Under the pieces are notes generated by a model. That model searched no databases. It worked only from the letters and a program-made list of their open reading frames with translations, and was not told where the DNA came from. From Azolla caroliniana (taxonomy: Eukaryota; Plantae; Polypodiophyta), in contig JBHGNT010000017.1 of the NCBI GenBank assembly GCA_043228905.1, positions 9,672,001-9,736,000 on the forward strand: a DNA stretch of 64,000 bases, in the 5' to 3' direction. How positions within the stretch are numbered: the stretch's first letter is position 1; every line of letters starts with the position of its first letter. Positions 39,401-51,300 of the stretch are shown here, piece by piece. Position numbers and translations under genes: made by a program.

Positions 39401-40389
39401 CGGCATCACTTCAGTGCCTCCTTCCTTGGTCCCGTCGGCCACTTCCATTGCGCACCGACTCGTCTCGCCCGCCACGACCACGGGGCCTATCTCCCTCCCT
39501 GTACAATATCTTGTTGTCGGCATGTATGCTCATCGACGCACCCACGTGGTTCTCCTCTATAAGGAGCATCGACTGTAGGTCGAAAAATGACGGCGTATTC
39601 TCCCGTGTACACATAGAAATTCGGAACGCTCCGAACTTCGACGCCAGTCCCCCGAGACAGATCTACACCATCTCGCCTTCCTCGACGTTCACATCCCCCT
39701 GTTCCCAAGCCGGGAAGTCTTTGTGTGTTGAATCGGGTGTTATATCATTTGCTCCGTCGACATAGCTCCAATATCCATGCCTGAGCAGGTACTGGTGCAT
39801 CTTGTATGACCAAGACGCGTAGTTGTTTCTGTCAAGCTTCTCGGTAGGAAGCGAGCTAGCCATGCCTCTATCCATTTTGTTTTTCCCGTTCTTTACAAAG
39901 GTTAGGTTTTCTTCTTTGAGCTAAGGTCGGCTGCAGAGGTTCTCAACCCTCGCGCTCTAATACCATGTAAAAAGAATAGCGTGCGGAAGCAATAGAAAAC
40001 CAAACACAGAAAAATGCAGGTTTAATGGAGAGCTTGGATACACATAGTATGCGGGAGAGACAGACAGAGAGAATACACGAAAAATTCAATTAAAAAATAA
40101 TACTCAATCTGCACATAGGATGTGCTCAGTGAGCACTTTTATACAAGTCCATACGGACTGATAGAAGTCTTGACACGTACTTCAATGCTCATAAATGAGC
40201 TCTACACTAACTCCCAAAATATATTCCTATGCGGAATATCTTTCCAACGGCCTCGCGATTTCCGCACCACTACGGCTTCTCGTTGCGCACCGGTTTACGC
40301 ACCCGGTCCGGCCTAACCGATCGATCCCAACCGATCCGGTTCTCGGCTTGCACAGCCGATCCGGCCAATGTTGAGCTTGTATCTCAACA
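30464..40389 (-). mobile_element. Ty1/Copia element, both LTRs present, degenerate
   Basis: LTRs 30464-30856 and 39966-40389; TSD GAAGG/AAAGG; PBS TGGTATTAGAGC 39954-39965; PPT at 30857; gag EKLDRNNYASW, CWYCGKKGHKESEC knuckle, WYVDSGAS, IHSDVWGP, RT, RH TKHIEVHYHF. Confidence 0.93.
32591..37022 (+). mobile_element. Closely related Ty1/Copia element inserted in opposite orientation into the RT of the 30464-40389 element; 5' LTR-gag deleted
   Basis: Partial 5' LTR 32591-~32750 fused to the gag knuckle; INT 33045-33884; RT 34837-35586; RH 35627-36100; PPT 36605-36613; 3' LTR 36614-37022; TSD ATTAC/TTTAC. Confidence 0.92.
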
Positions 40390-41628
40390 AAAGGATCTAG
40401 GCGTCCCTATAAAGGATCCGATTCTCCTATATTGCGACAATATGAGCAATATCTACCTGGCTCAGAACCTCGTGTTCCACGCGTGAACTAAGCATATCGA
40501 AGTACACTACCACTTCATCCAAGAGCACGTTCAAGCTGGAGATGTCGATTTACAACATATCAACACGACTCTTCAGGTGCCCGACATCTTCACAAAAGCC
40601 CTGGATATCGACAAACTACGACAGTTCGCGATGAACCTTGGTCTCTCGATCACCGAACAACCGCGGTTGAGGGGGAGCACCGAAAAATAGCAGTAGCTAC
40701 CGATGTCGAACATCAGCTGATTAGTTTATCTAAGTTGCCTAGAGCAGTTGAAGTACGATGATAATCAAGCCGAACAAGGAGCATGGAGCACCTTAACAAT
40801 CAAAGTTGTGCCCACTGACCTTCTGAAAGCCCGAAGATTTTTGAAGATCAAACCAAATCAACTTTTCGGCATCAGGAAGTTGTGTTCGAAGGGGCGTGTT
40901 GAGAATCGAACTCAACTTCCCAAATGAAATGGTTTCACACTAGCCAGAGGACATACTAGGCTAGTTTTGTAAATAGTAGAAAGGACAATTGCCCTAGACT
41001 AGTTGGTATTTAAACCAACCCTTTGTAACTTAGTTACTGTTGGATGTAATCATATTTTTGTTCTAAGATCTCTCTCTCCCTCTCTCTATTTGCCTTACAT
41101 GCACTCTCACACACAACGCCACCTACGTCTTTCATTCTTAACACCATATAAGAGGTGTTAGTTGAATTTTAGAAGGTAAGGTTCAACAATAAGAAGGGAC
41201 TTTTTAGGTTTAATTTAGGTGTCAAGGAGGACTCAAGAGTTTCTCAAGGTTGGTTCTTTTACTAAGCTTCATCTTTGTTATTGTGTGCAACTTCATTTGA
41301 GGTATGTGTACATTCTCTGACCCTTCAAAATGTTCAAAACATAGATGCTTCCACTATCTACAATGTTAGTGGACTCAAGAAGAAGTTGGCAAATGGCTAT
41401 AGCTTATAAACAAGTTCATCCTACAAATTTGTGGAGTTTGAAGAGATAATGACCACATGAACAAGATAAATATTGGATAATAACACACCATTTAGTCATT
41501 TGCAAGTGTCGAATTCAATAGAAAAGATAGGTTATTGGAGTATTTAACATTTAAAGCAAAATGTGCTATTTTCTTAGCATTCAAAACTTGAAGGAAACTC
41601 CCATAAAGAGGGAGAAAAGTAAATTTTA

Positions 41629-41941
41629 GGGAAAAGTACCAAAATACCCCTGGAAGTTCGTCTATTTACCAAAATGCCCCTGGAAGTTCGCCTATTTACC
41701 AAAATGCCCCTGGAAGTTCCAAATTTACCAAACTACCCCTATGTCCAAAAAATTACACTTTATAAAGTAATTACACACTCAAATCTACAAGCTCTATTTA
41801 CCAAAGATGGAAGAAATTGACCCGAACTAGCTCTATTTACCAAATATTTGAGTGTATAATTACTTTATAAAGTGTAATTTTTGGACATAGGGGCATTCTG
41901 GTAAATAGACGAACTTCCAAGGCTATCTTGGTACTTTTCCC
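41629..41941. mobile_element. Mutator-like MITE
   Basis: Long TIRs GGGAAAAGTACCAA.../...TTGGTACTTTTCCC; perfect 9-bp TSD TAAATTTTA (41620-41628 / 41942-41950); ~30-bp subterminal tandem repeats. Confidence 0.9.
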
Positions 41942-43394
41942 TAAATTTTAATAATTAATTTATTCCTTAACAAAAATTTGGGGATGAAAACTTTTAGAAA
42001 CGGAGAGGCTTTTACATTGATCAAAACGCCTACAAGGACAACCATTACCATAGATCGAGGTATTAGCATAAGTAACAAACATGTGCATATACATAGGTGC
42101 ACATGGTGGGGAAAGGGGTAGGACGAGTCATGACTCTTCCTAAGGGAAAATTTCTCTTACTTAGTAGGCAAGTGCATTATACCTTGTATATATTCACATT
42201 TGTTTTTTTGTTTTAGATAATACAATGTTAACTAACCAATTGCTCCTTAAACAAATGGCTATAGAAATTCTCTTTCCATTTAAATGTACTTTTAGTGTGA
42301 GACCATAACTGCCCTAGGTTCAATTTATAATATGACTACCCAACCTGCCATTAGCTACAAAGTCATTGGTATGTATGAATAAGTATATTTTTAGCCACAT
42401 AATCATTTCCAAGTATTAATAATATGTTAGCCACATATAAAGCAAGGAGCACAAGGTTAAATGCATATCTCATCAATAAATCTCAAGCCTAGGTTTAATA
42501 AATTATAATCTAACTATTAATGAAATACATAAACTTACCATTACCAAACAAACACATCTAGCTAACGTGTCAAAGCTTTATTGAGTTTATTTACATGACT
42601 ATTGCAAGCATCAACAATAAAAACACCAAGTTATCAAAGAAACACTTGAAACAGAGCTATGTGAAATCCACATGCAAGTTTTTTACTACAAGCTATGTAG
42701 GTTTGATTCTTAAGGATCAAATGTAGCTCCACATGTGGCTGATCACGTGTGCGCCAAGTATGAAGCATGACCAAACCACATAAAGACAATAATTGGTTTA
42801 GGCGAGTGTTTGATTTCTCCCTCAAAAGAGTATTAATCATTGAAAAGCAAGCCGGTTGTTTGGTTGTGCACATGTTCAAATTGTACATTTTGGAGGAGTT
42901 GTGTATCCTATACATTAGGAAGCAACAAAACATGGATGCCATGATTCTCGCTCGAATGGTGAGTGCCATCCACTCACGTATGTAATTGGGAGACAAGTAT
43001 CCACTATGGAGCGGAGCCCAAGTTCTGGAAAGCATACATCAACAACACACACTGTATGGAGGAATCCAAAAGAAAGGAAGTGACAAATCATCTCCAAGGT
43101 GAAGTGGTTCTAAATAGTGAACGAGGACACATCAAGCAAATGGATGGATATGGCCGCCAATCCAATCTAGGGAGGTGGAAATCTTTTGTTGCTCTCTTTG
43201 TGGCAAAAGTGTGTGTGTGTGTGTGTGTGGGTCATCGATGGAGGAGATAGTGTCGACAGATTGCGAATGAGATTCGACGTGTGTGTGTGTCCAGGTTGGC
43301 CAAAAAATCTTTGGCCATTTATCTAAGTACTCTATTATACTTACTACATACATACATACATATAGAGTTACTTAATTATTTATGTAATACCAAC

Positions 43395-43397
<3 letters not shown>

Positions 43398-43443
<46 letters not shown>

Positions 43444-43475
43444 ACCAACAGAATGACACACAGACACTCACTCCC

Positions 43476-43506
<31 letters not shown>

Positions 43507-43690
43507 GTGTGTGTGTCTCTTCCACTTTCCTCTTGAAAAAAACAAAGAGTGAATGTACAGCGAGCGCACTGACTCTTTCACAAGTCTTAATACTTCGCCA
43601 TCGCCATCGCCATCGCCATCGCCATCGCCATCGCCATCGATCCCGTTCCATCCCTTCCCTTCCCTTCCCTTCCTTCCCTTCTTCCTTTTG
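43398..43690. repeat. Microsatellite cluster (GA)n, (CTGT)n, (CGCCAT)n upstream of villin
   Basis: Directly visible; probably promoter/5' UTR. Confidence 0.8.
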
Positions 43691-45385
43691 CCCGCACTCT
43701 GTCTCTTGCTTCACCGTTCCTGCACCAACGATTCCCCGCCTTACTATGTCTGTCCCAAACCTTCGTTTCTGCCATAGCTCGTTCTGAACGGATTACTGAG
43801 AGCTTTTTGTTCTGCAATATCACGCAGAATTCCATGCTTTTCTACATTTATTTCTTCCTTCTACACTCAAGTTGACTATCTGATCATCGTGAAATAGATC
43901 CAGGTGCATTTCGGGGCTTCTCTCTCTCATTATCTGATTTTCCATGTTTAGCTAAGTCTTTTCTATCATTCATACTAATATTGAAGATCGAATTCATATT
44001 ACATGAGATGAAATCTGTGCTACTTTCTCTCTTTCTATGCCGATGGAAATAGGATAGAATGCATGAATTTTCGCTTATTTTTCTAAATCGGATCCATCTT
44101 CATTAAGATTCCTGTGCCACAATCTAAGTAGCGATCTACTTTTTGCTACAGAATTTCTGTTATCCTGATCATGTTCATTGTGAATTAAGTTAGTCTTTGA
44201 TGATACGGGAAAACAGGAGGATTGATACGAGAATCAGATGAATGAGATATGGATCGAGGTGCTGATACAATATGAATCAAATATCAAGTTAGATCAATAG
44301 ATAGATTAACACATGGTTGAAGCAATTGACCCAGTCGGATATGTGACCTTGAATTTCACTAAACATCCATCCTGAATACATTTACATGTCTAGAATAGAG
44401 ATCTGTATGCAGAGAATTCGTTGTAAATAATCACGGATCTAAATGAATTGGCACAAGGATAAAAATCAACATGGAAAGGGACCACCTTTGAATCTAGGAG
44501 CTAGAATCTAGTCCTTACAAATGACTAGATCTCCGTGATGTATCAGACTATATCCAGATTCCTTAATCTTGATCCTTTTGAATGAATGGATTTTTGGTAC
44601 TGGATTTCAAGATATCATACCTTTAAAGTATGTATACGTAAATTTACCGTGGTTGTAGTTCAAATTATTCATCATATGGCATAGAAATCATAAATGTTGC
44701 ATTTAGAAAAAAATAAACGGCTCTGATTCAGATTAGTTTTTTTTAGCTTACTGGTATCGAATTAATGAATTAGGCAGTCACAAGATTATGTAGGATTTTT
44801 AGCATTACAACCTGATTGAAAAAAGAATCGCATCTAGACTTATCCTTAGGAAGATGTGCAATGATAAACAAAAGCGAGATGTCCTTAGGCAGAATTTCTT
44901 TCAACTTTTATATATTTGCTGCTTCTGCCAAGTAGATTTAAGCTTTAGTAATGTTCTTAAGCTTCCAAAGATCTAAGAAAACCATGACAAGATATGTCAT
45001 TTTAAATGACGAACAAAACTGAATCAGCAGTTTGTTAGTGTCTTACTCACATTGACGGTGGTTTTTACAGTGTCGCATTTGGTTGCCCGCCTTATTTACC
45101 TGTTTCTTGCAAAGAATGCTTGATGTGTTTCGACAAAATCCGACAGTTTCCACAGACAAAAATATGGAGATTTACTTTTCTTAGAATTTAATGACACATA
45201 TCTGCTTTTGTTGAGAGAAGAAAGGTTGTACTATGGGACATTTTAAACTGTAACAAAAGTGTAATAGATTGACTTCTTTTATTTTTTGTCTTAAGATTTG
45301 ACATACATTTTATATTTTTTTCATCTAGGTTTAACAAAGGGAATCATTGTGGTAGCTTCAAGGCCATTTGAGTCTTAGTGTGCAA

Positions 45386-48300
45386 ATGGCAGTTTCAATG
45401 AAAAATGTGGATCCAGCATTCCAAGGGGTTGGTCAGAAAGTGTATCCTATAGATTTAAAAAATGAATTATGTTGTGTAGTTGAAGGTCTGTTATCAAATC
45501 TCGAACTATTAATGCTTCCGATTTCAACTTGCTGTATATTTCCTTACATTAATTTGTAGTGGAATGGACATTTGGAGAATTGAAAATTTCCAACCTGTTC
45601 ATTTGTCCGACTCTGATTATGGAAAGTTCTACACAGGTGATTCATACATTATATTGAAGGTAAACCTCAATAGCTCTGGGTGGCACCTGAGTAAACAAAC
45701 ATGTAATACCATAAGCGAGTTTGTTATTATTCCACTTTATGTCAAGTTCTAAGTCCCTACTAGCTGCACTTCCGAGTTCGAGATAATTGCTTCAAATAAT
45801 TTGAAACATCTGGGTAAATCCCAATATCAATTCTCATGAACACATGAAAAGAAATCCGATCAGGTATTCTGGATACTAATTATATCAACAATGATGTCAT
45901 CCTCATCGAAATCCAGTCTAGTTGTCTATATTCATGATGTGAATGCTGGACCATAAATAAACAATTCTACGTTCCTTGTTCTTAATTGATGATCAACCCC
46001 AAGTTGTTAGTTTATCCCCACATGTACTCTTAGAGTGGAAATTTTGTGATAGCACCTCAAATGAGGAGTAGCTATTGTGCAACCATGACCATCTGGATTG
46101 ATGAGATGTCAATGTGGGAAACCGTAGATGAGTAGGGCAGATGTATTTAGGAAAGAGGGAAGTAGGGTAATGGGATTGACTTGTTAGGTTGACTAGAAGA
46201 ATATTTTCTGTTGGCAGGTTAATATGTACTTAGACTTGGAGTATGTGCCATTAACTTTAAGATAAGTACTATCTAGCTCTAGCTTGTATCTAGGGAGCTA
46301 AGTCCTCTTAAATGATAGTTGACAGAAAAGGAATATCCCCACTACTATCAACTGAATTGCAAATTTAATGTGACAATAGACCAAATACAAAATATCAATA
46401 TCCATTATCGGTGTCAGAAAACTCTGTAGCTGACTAGTCCAGATCCTCGAAGCCCGAAGGTATAAACCCCATGGTAGGACTACCATTGTGAGTGACTCTC
46501 ATATGTAACAGAAATTTGTATTGACACATGTGCATCTCTGTAGTGTAGCTCTCTATTCCTATTTCTAGTCAATTCTCAATATTTCCAACACATACATCTT
46601 TCAATGAATTCAAAGAAACAACAATTTCTTCCATTGCCAAATGGATAAACGGGTCTTTTAACCAAAGTGTTTGATTAATGCGTCAGACAACTGCCTTGAA
46701 GAATGGAGCTTACCATTATGATGCTCACTTTTGGCTGGGAAAAGACACCAGTCAGGTATGTTTGAGAAATTGTTATTTTCTTGTATTTTCCACAAAGTTT
46801 TCAAGGATTATTATTTGAGCTTCTATATTGCTTGTTTTTTTTTCTCTGTTGAAGTTTCTTATTTGAATGATCTTATATGATATTTTTCAAGGATGAAGCT
46901 GGCACAGCAGCAATCAAAACAGTTGAACTTGATGCTGCTTTAGGTGGACGTGCTGTGCAGTATAGAGAAGTACAGGGTCATGAATCCGACAAGTTTCTTT
47001 CATATTTTAAGCCTTGCATCATGCCCTTGGAAGGAGGGGCTGCATCTGGTTTCAAAAAGGTAGAAATTGAGAAATTTGAGCCCAGACTTTACATATGCAA
47101 AGGAAGGCGAGCTGTGAGAGTTAAACAGGCAAGTTGTCACTAAATATGAATAAATGTGAGATTGACTCATATCATTTTTTCCCAATTTGTCTAAATTAGT
47201 CATAAATTTGGATTCAGGTTCCCTATTCTCGTTCGTCCTTGAATCATGATGATGTTTTCATTTTGGAAACGGAATCAAAGATATATCAATTCAATGGTGC
47301 AAACTCGAATATTCAGGAACGAGCCAAGGCATTAGAAGTTGTACAATATATAAAAGATACATATCATAATGGAAAATGTGAAATTGGAATAGTTGGTAAG
47401 GAAGCTTGTTATGCTTACAAGATTGATGAATTACTTTATTACTTATTGATGATTCAATGGACTTGCATAATTACCCATATTTTATTTTTCAGATGATGGA
47501 AAACTTGTTGCTGAAGCTAATACAGGAGAATTTTGGAGCCTCTTTGGAGGCTTTGCACCAATTGGAAGAAGAGCAACGTTTGAAGATGATAATCCTTGTG
47601 AGAGTTATGCAGGAAAGCTTTACATGTAAGTTTTACTGTACATGAAGCTATTGAGATTTGTATTGTCTATTCTATCTTGTCTGCCCTCGTTGCCATAATG
47701 AAAATCAGACAAGATAGATTATAAAGTATATATATTTTTATTCGTTACTTCCACCTTGCTACATAATGTTCATACTAACAACGAGATACTCACTGGATAG
47801 ATTACTTGGTGAGTTGTAAAAGGTAGATCTGATTGTTAGCAAAGAAAGAAATAGCAAAAAAAAGATATATTAATATCTCCAAAGGACCATAATAGCCTAC
47901 GTGATCTGACAAGGATTACTCCTATTTATGTTAGCTCATCAATGCAATTAACAAAAGAGACAGTGAAAGAAAAAGATCTTTCTACTCTAGATTCCGAAAA
48001 CTAAATGGTCTGACATGTAATCACGAATAGCCGACTATGAGGTTTGGTGCATTAGCTCTCAAACTTAAATTGCTGGCCTCTGAAAATCTTCGTCATGGGT
48101 TGATCCAATATGGAGGGGTTGGAGGATGCTGAGGGCGTCTCTCATCCCTTGTAATGACATCTTTGATCTTATGAACATAATACATATCAAGGTGCCGGTC
48201 TGAGCTGGTGTTGGCAATGTCCATCATAAAGAGCAATTGGTATAGCTATTGACTCCTTTTGAGTCATTACTGTAATTGGCTGGAATGCTTGCTTGTACAT

Positions 48301-51300
48301 GGGAAGTGTCCTAGTTGTGTTCATGCTTAACAATTCTTTGAAGGTTCTTGGCTAGGTAGACCGGTGAATTTTAACCTCTCCCTCAACAGGCCCTCTCTAT
48401 GCGTCTTTATCTCTGGAAGGAAAAACTCTTAAACATCTTTTATCATTGTATTCCACTCTCCAGCAAGGTTCAATGAATTCTTTAAAGGTACAATGATGTC
48501 TTCATTGGTCACACAAAAGGCCATGACCTCATGGATCTCATCCACAACCTCGCTGTCTCAAAAAGATAAAAGCTATCATCTCCTGTAATGGGAGTTATAG
48601 GCCAAGCTATTGTAACCATGTAAACCTAGAATATCCTGTGAAGAAAAAATTGAGGACACGCCTCAATTGTGGCCTTTAATTTGTTTATAGAATGTTTATC
48701 ATATTTATGACAAAATACAATTATGTCAGTTTTATAAATTTGTAAAAATGGTTTGGTCTCATAGGTCATCTTGGCCTTTAATATATGATAATGTTGCTGT
48801 CATTCCTTCTTTCTTTCTGAGTTCATAATAGATTGGGCAATGACACACATAATAGGCAAGCAAGATCAAGGCTTCCAACCTTGCATGGAACAAGAAGAGA
48901 TCCTACTTGAATTAAATTTGAAGAAAAGGTGTATAGGTTATCCTAGGACAAGAGAATAAAGAGCATGGAAAATAATGAATGAGAGGCATGCAGACAACTA
49001 ACTTCGACTCAGGCTCAGCATCAATATGTAAAAGCTCTCTGTTACATTCTTAGACAGCTCTCTTTGCCCACCCACCTGACTCATGCCCACGTGAATCCAC
49101 CTCTTTTGCTATACAAATGGTGGTGAGGAATGAAATCAATTGGTTACAATCTGGAAAGGCACAAGATCATCGTGGATTATTAAGTGAGCACTTTATCAAT
49201 GGCCCTGACACCTTGGTCCCACTTCTTTCACACATCTTTAATCGAGATATATGTGAAGGTTTCCCTACTTGTGGAACAATATACAATTATTCCGATCATC
49301 AAGAGTGGCTCTATTCGAGAGTTCGGATTGAGTGTATGCTGCCGCTCAGAGGAACAGGCAAGAGAATCTATTCACTATATGTATCAGTGTTAGAAAAAGT
49401 GTGTGCTCCTAATTGGTTGAATTCAAATAAGGGCACCCGTTTCTTCAGTCTTTCAAATAAGGGCACCTTGCGTAGTGGGCCACAGCCTTGTTTAAAGAGG
49501 CAATGGTATCTCCCTCTAATTTCATAAAAGATACTTCAATGAAAAACATAGTGTTCTTCGGATTCCACTCCTTGATGACACAATTGGCAAATTCTCTCTT
49601 CTAGAGGTAGTCGTGTATATCTGCTACCTCAATCTGTAACTGATGTGATGAAGTTCGCAGCTGCCCTATCACACTACGCAGCACATAGGATAGATGTATG
49701 TCCATATAAGGTGGCCTGATGATGAATCCATCCTCCGACATGTGTAAGAAGTGTGTCTTATAGTGGGCCATCTTTGTACCAAGTGGTATTTTGGGCCTGA
49801 TCCATGTGATCTTGTTTTCTAAGTTAATAATATCAGTTTGGATCACTCTTATTCTTTTCCACTTTGGCCATATTTAGATGGGGACAGTCCAAGCTATATT
49901 GGAACGGGGGTAGTGCATTTATACTCATGCCATGTGACTCGAACCATTGCTGCATTTCAGCATACCAACAATGAATGAATGTCTCCATTTTCAGCTAGTT
50001 GTCTTGATGACATAAGTGCCAACCTTGGGTACCTTCATTTAGGGGCTCCCAAAGACGTTGGATAAATGTCACTGATCAGAGCAATGCCTCAGTGAATATA
50101 GGTGCTGCTCCCATCTCTGCCTGGATTATATCGTGGGGCACTGATGCTTTGCTCCTTATCGTGTGAGCAATCATTGACACTAAAGGTCTCTCTAAATATT
50201 TCCAATGATTTGCCTTGTGAAGACTCTGTCCCCATGTTTCTACTCCAGAGAGAAGAGTTGGTGTGACAAGTGTATCAAATAACCACAACTTAGTTCGTGC
50301 TCTTGGAACTGCAAATGTGGACATCGTCTCTCGAGAGCACCAAGGGTGCATATCCACGAGAAAGTCGGGCACAAGCAGCCTCCTATAAGGAGAACCTAGG
50401 CCTTCTAAATGTTACTCCTAGGTATGCGTAGGAGCGTGTATATTCCACCTTTTCCTCTCCCAAGAAGAATTCCGGTTCTGATCTTATTACCCATGCTTGA
50501 GTGGTGTTAAACACCATCACTTTAGTTTTATCCATGTTGATTGACAAACCTTTGTCCGTACAAAATAGTTTTAAGGCATTTAGATGTCTTTGTAGTCCCT
50601 CTAGAGAGTCAGAAATCAGGACAATATCAGCATATAGTAATATTTGTATAGCTATACCTGCTAGGCGTGCTCCCGAATCCCCGAATCTCTCTATGTAATG
50701 TGATACTTCATCTATATAGAGACCGAAGAGAGTGGGTGATAGTGGGCATCCTTGCTTCACTCTAATTGTGCTAGCCACCGCCTCTGACAAATCCTTGGAA
50801 GACCATACTTTTCCTGACACGGGTTCATAGAGTGCATAGATTCCCCATTGCACATCTGTAGGAACACCAAGGGCTTCTAGCTGCTGCATAAGCCGAGCAC
50901 GTGGCAGTGTCAACGGCTTTTCGGAAATCCAGAAAACAGCAATAAATCCTCTTATTATGGGCTCTGCTCTCCTCAATAAGGGCCCGGAGGGTGAATATGT
51001 GATCCAAAGTTGTGAACCCCTCTGAAAGCCTGCCTGTCCATCTGAATGGCAGCCATTCCGCTCTGCCCATATACTCAATTCTGATTCTAGAATCGAGCCA
51101 TATAGTTCAGCCAAGTAATGGCCAATCATGATTGTTCTATAGTTGCTTGGCATCATTGGGTCTCCACTCTTGAGGATTGGTACAATGGTATGTTGAGTCT
51201 ATCTAGTAGGGAAACCTTCACACATGGCTCTATTAAAGATGTGTGCTAGCAATGGGAGCAAGGTGTCATGGGCATAGATAAAGTGCTCACCCACCAATCC

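Larger units (their letters stand above)
30395..41143 (+). mobile_element. Ty1/Copia 3' portion (RNase H + 3' LTR), interrupted by the 30464-40389 insertion; same LTR family as 29313-29580
   Basis: [22 protein letters not shown] (30397-30463) resumes as KDLGVPIKDPILLYCDN (40390+). PPT then LTR 40897-41143. Confidence 0.85.

Noticed and set aside
41640-41740. CRISPR-like ~30-bp repeats
   Set aside because: Contiguous tandem repeats without spacers, inside a MITE TIR in a eukaryotic genome.
42634-43353. Overlapping ORFs upstream of villin (up to 133 aa)
   Set aside because: No recognisable domain or convincing splice structure.
43281-43835. ORFs with RE/HR/SP/WR repeats (similar ones at 15369-15663 and 63034-63521)
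   Set aside because: Translations of microsatellites.
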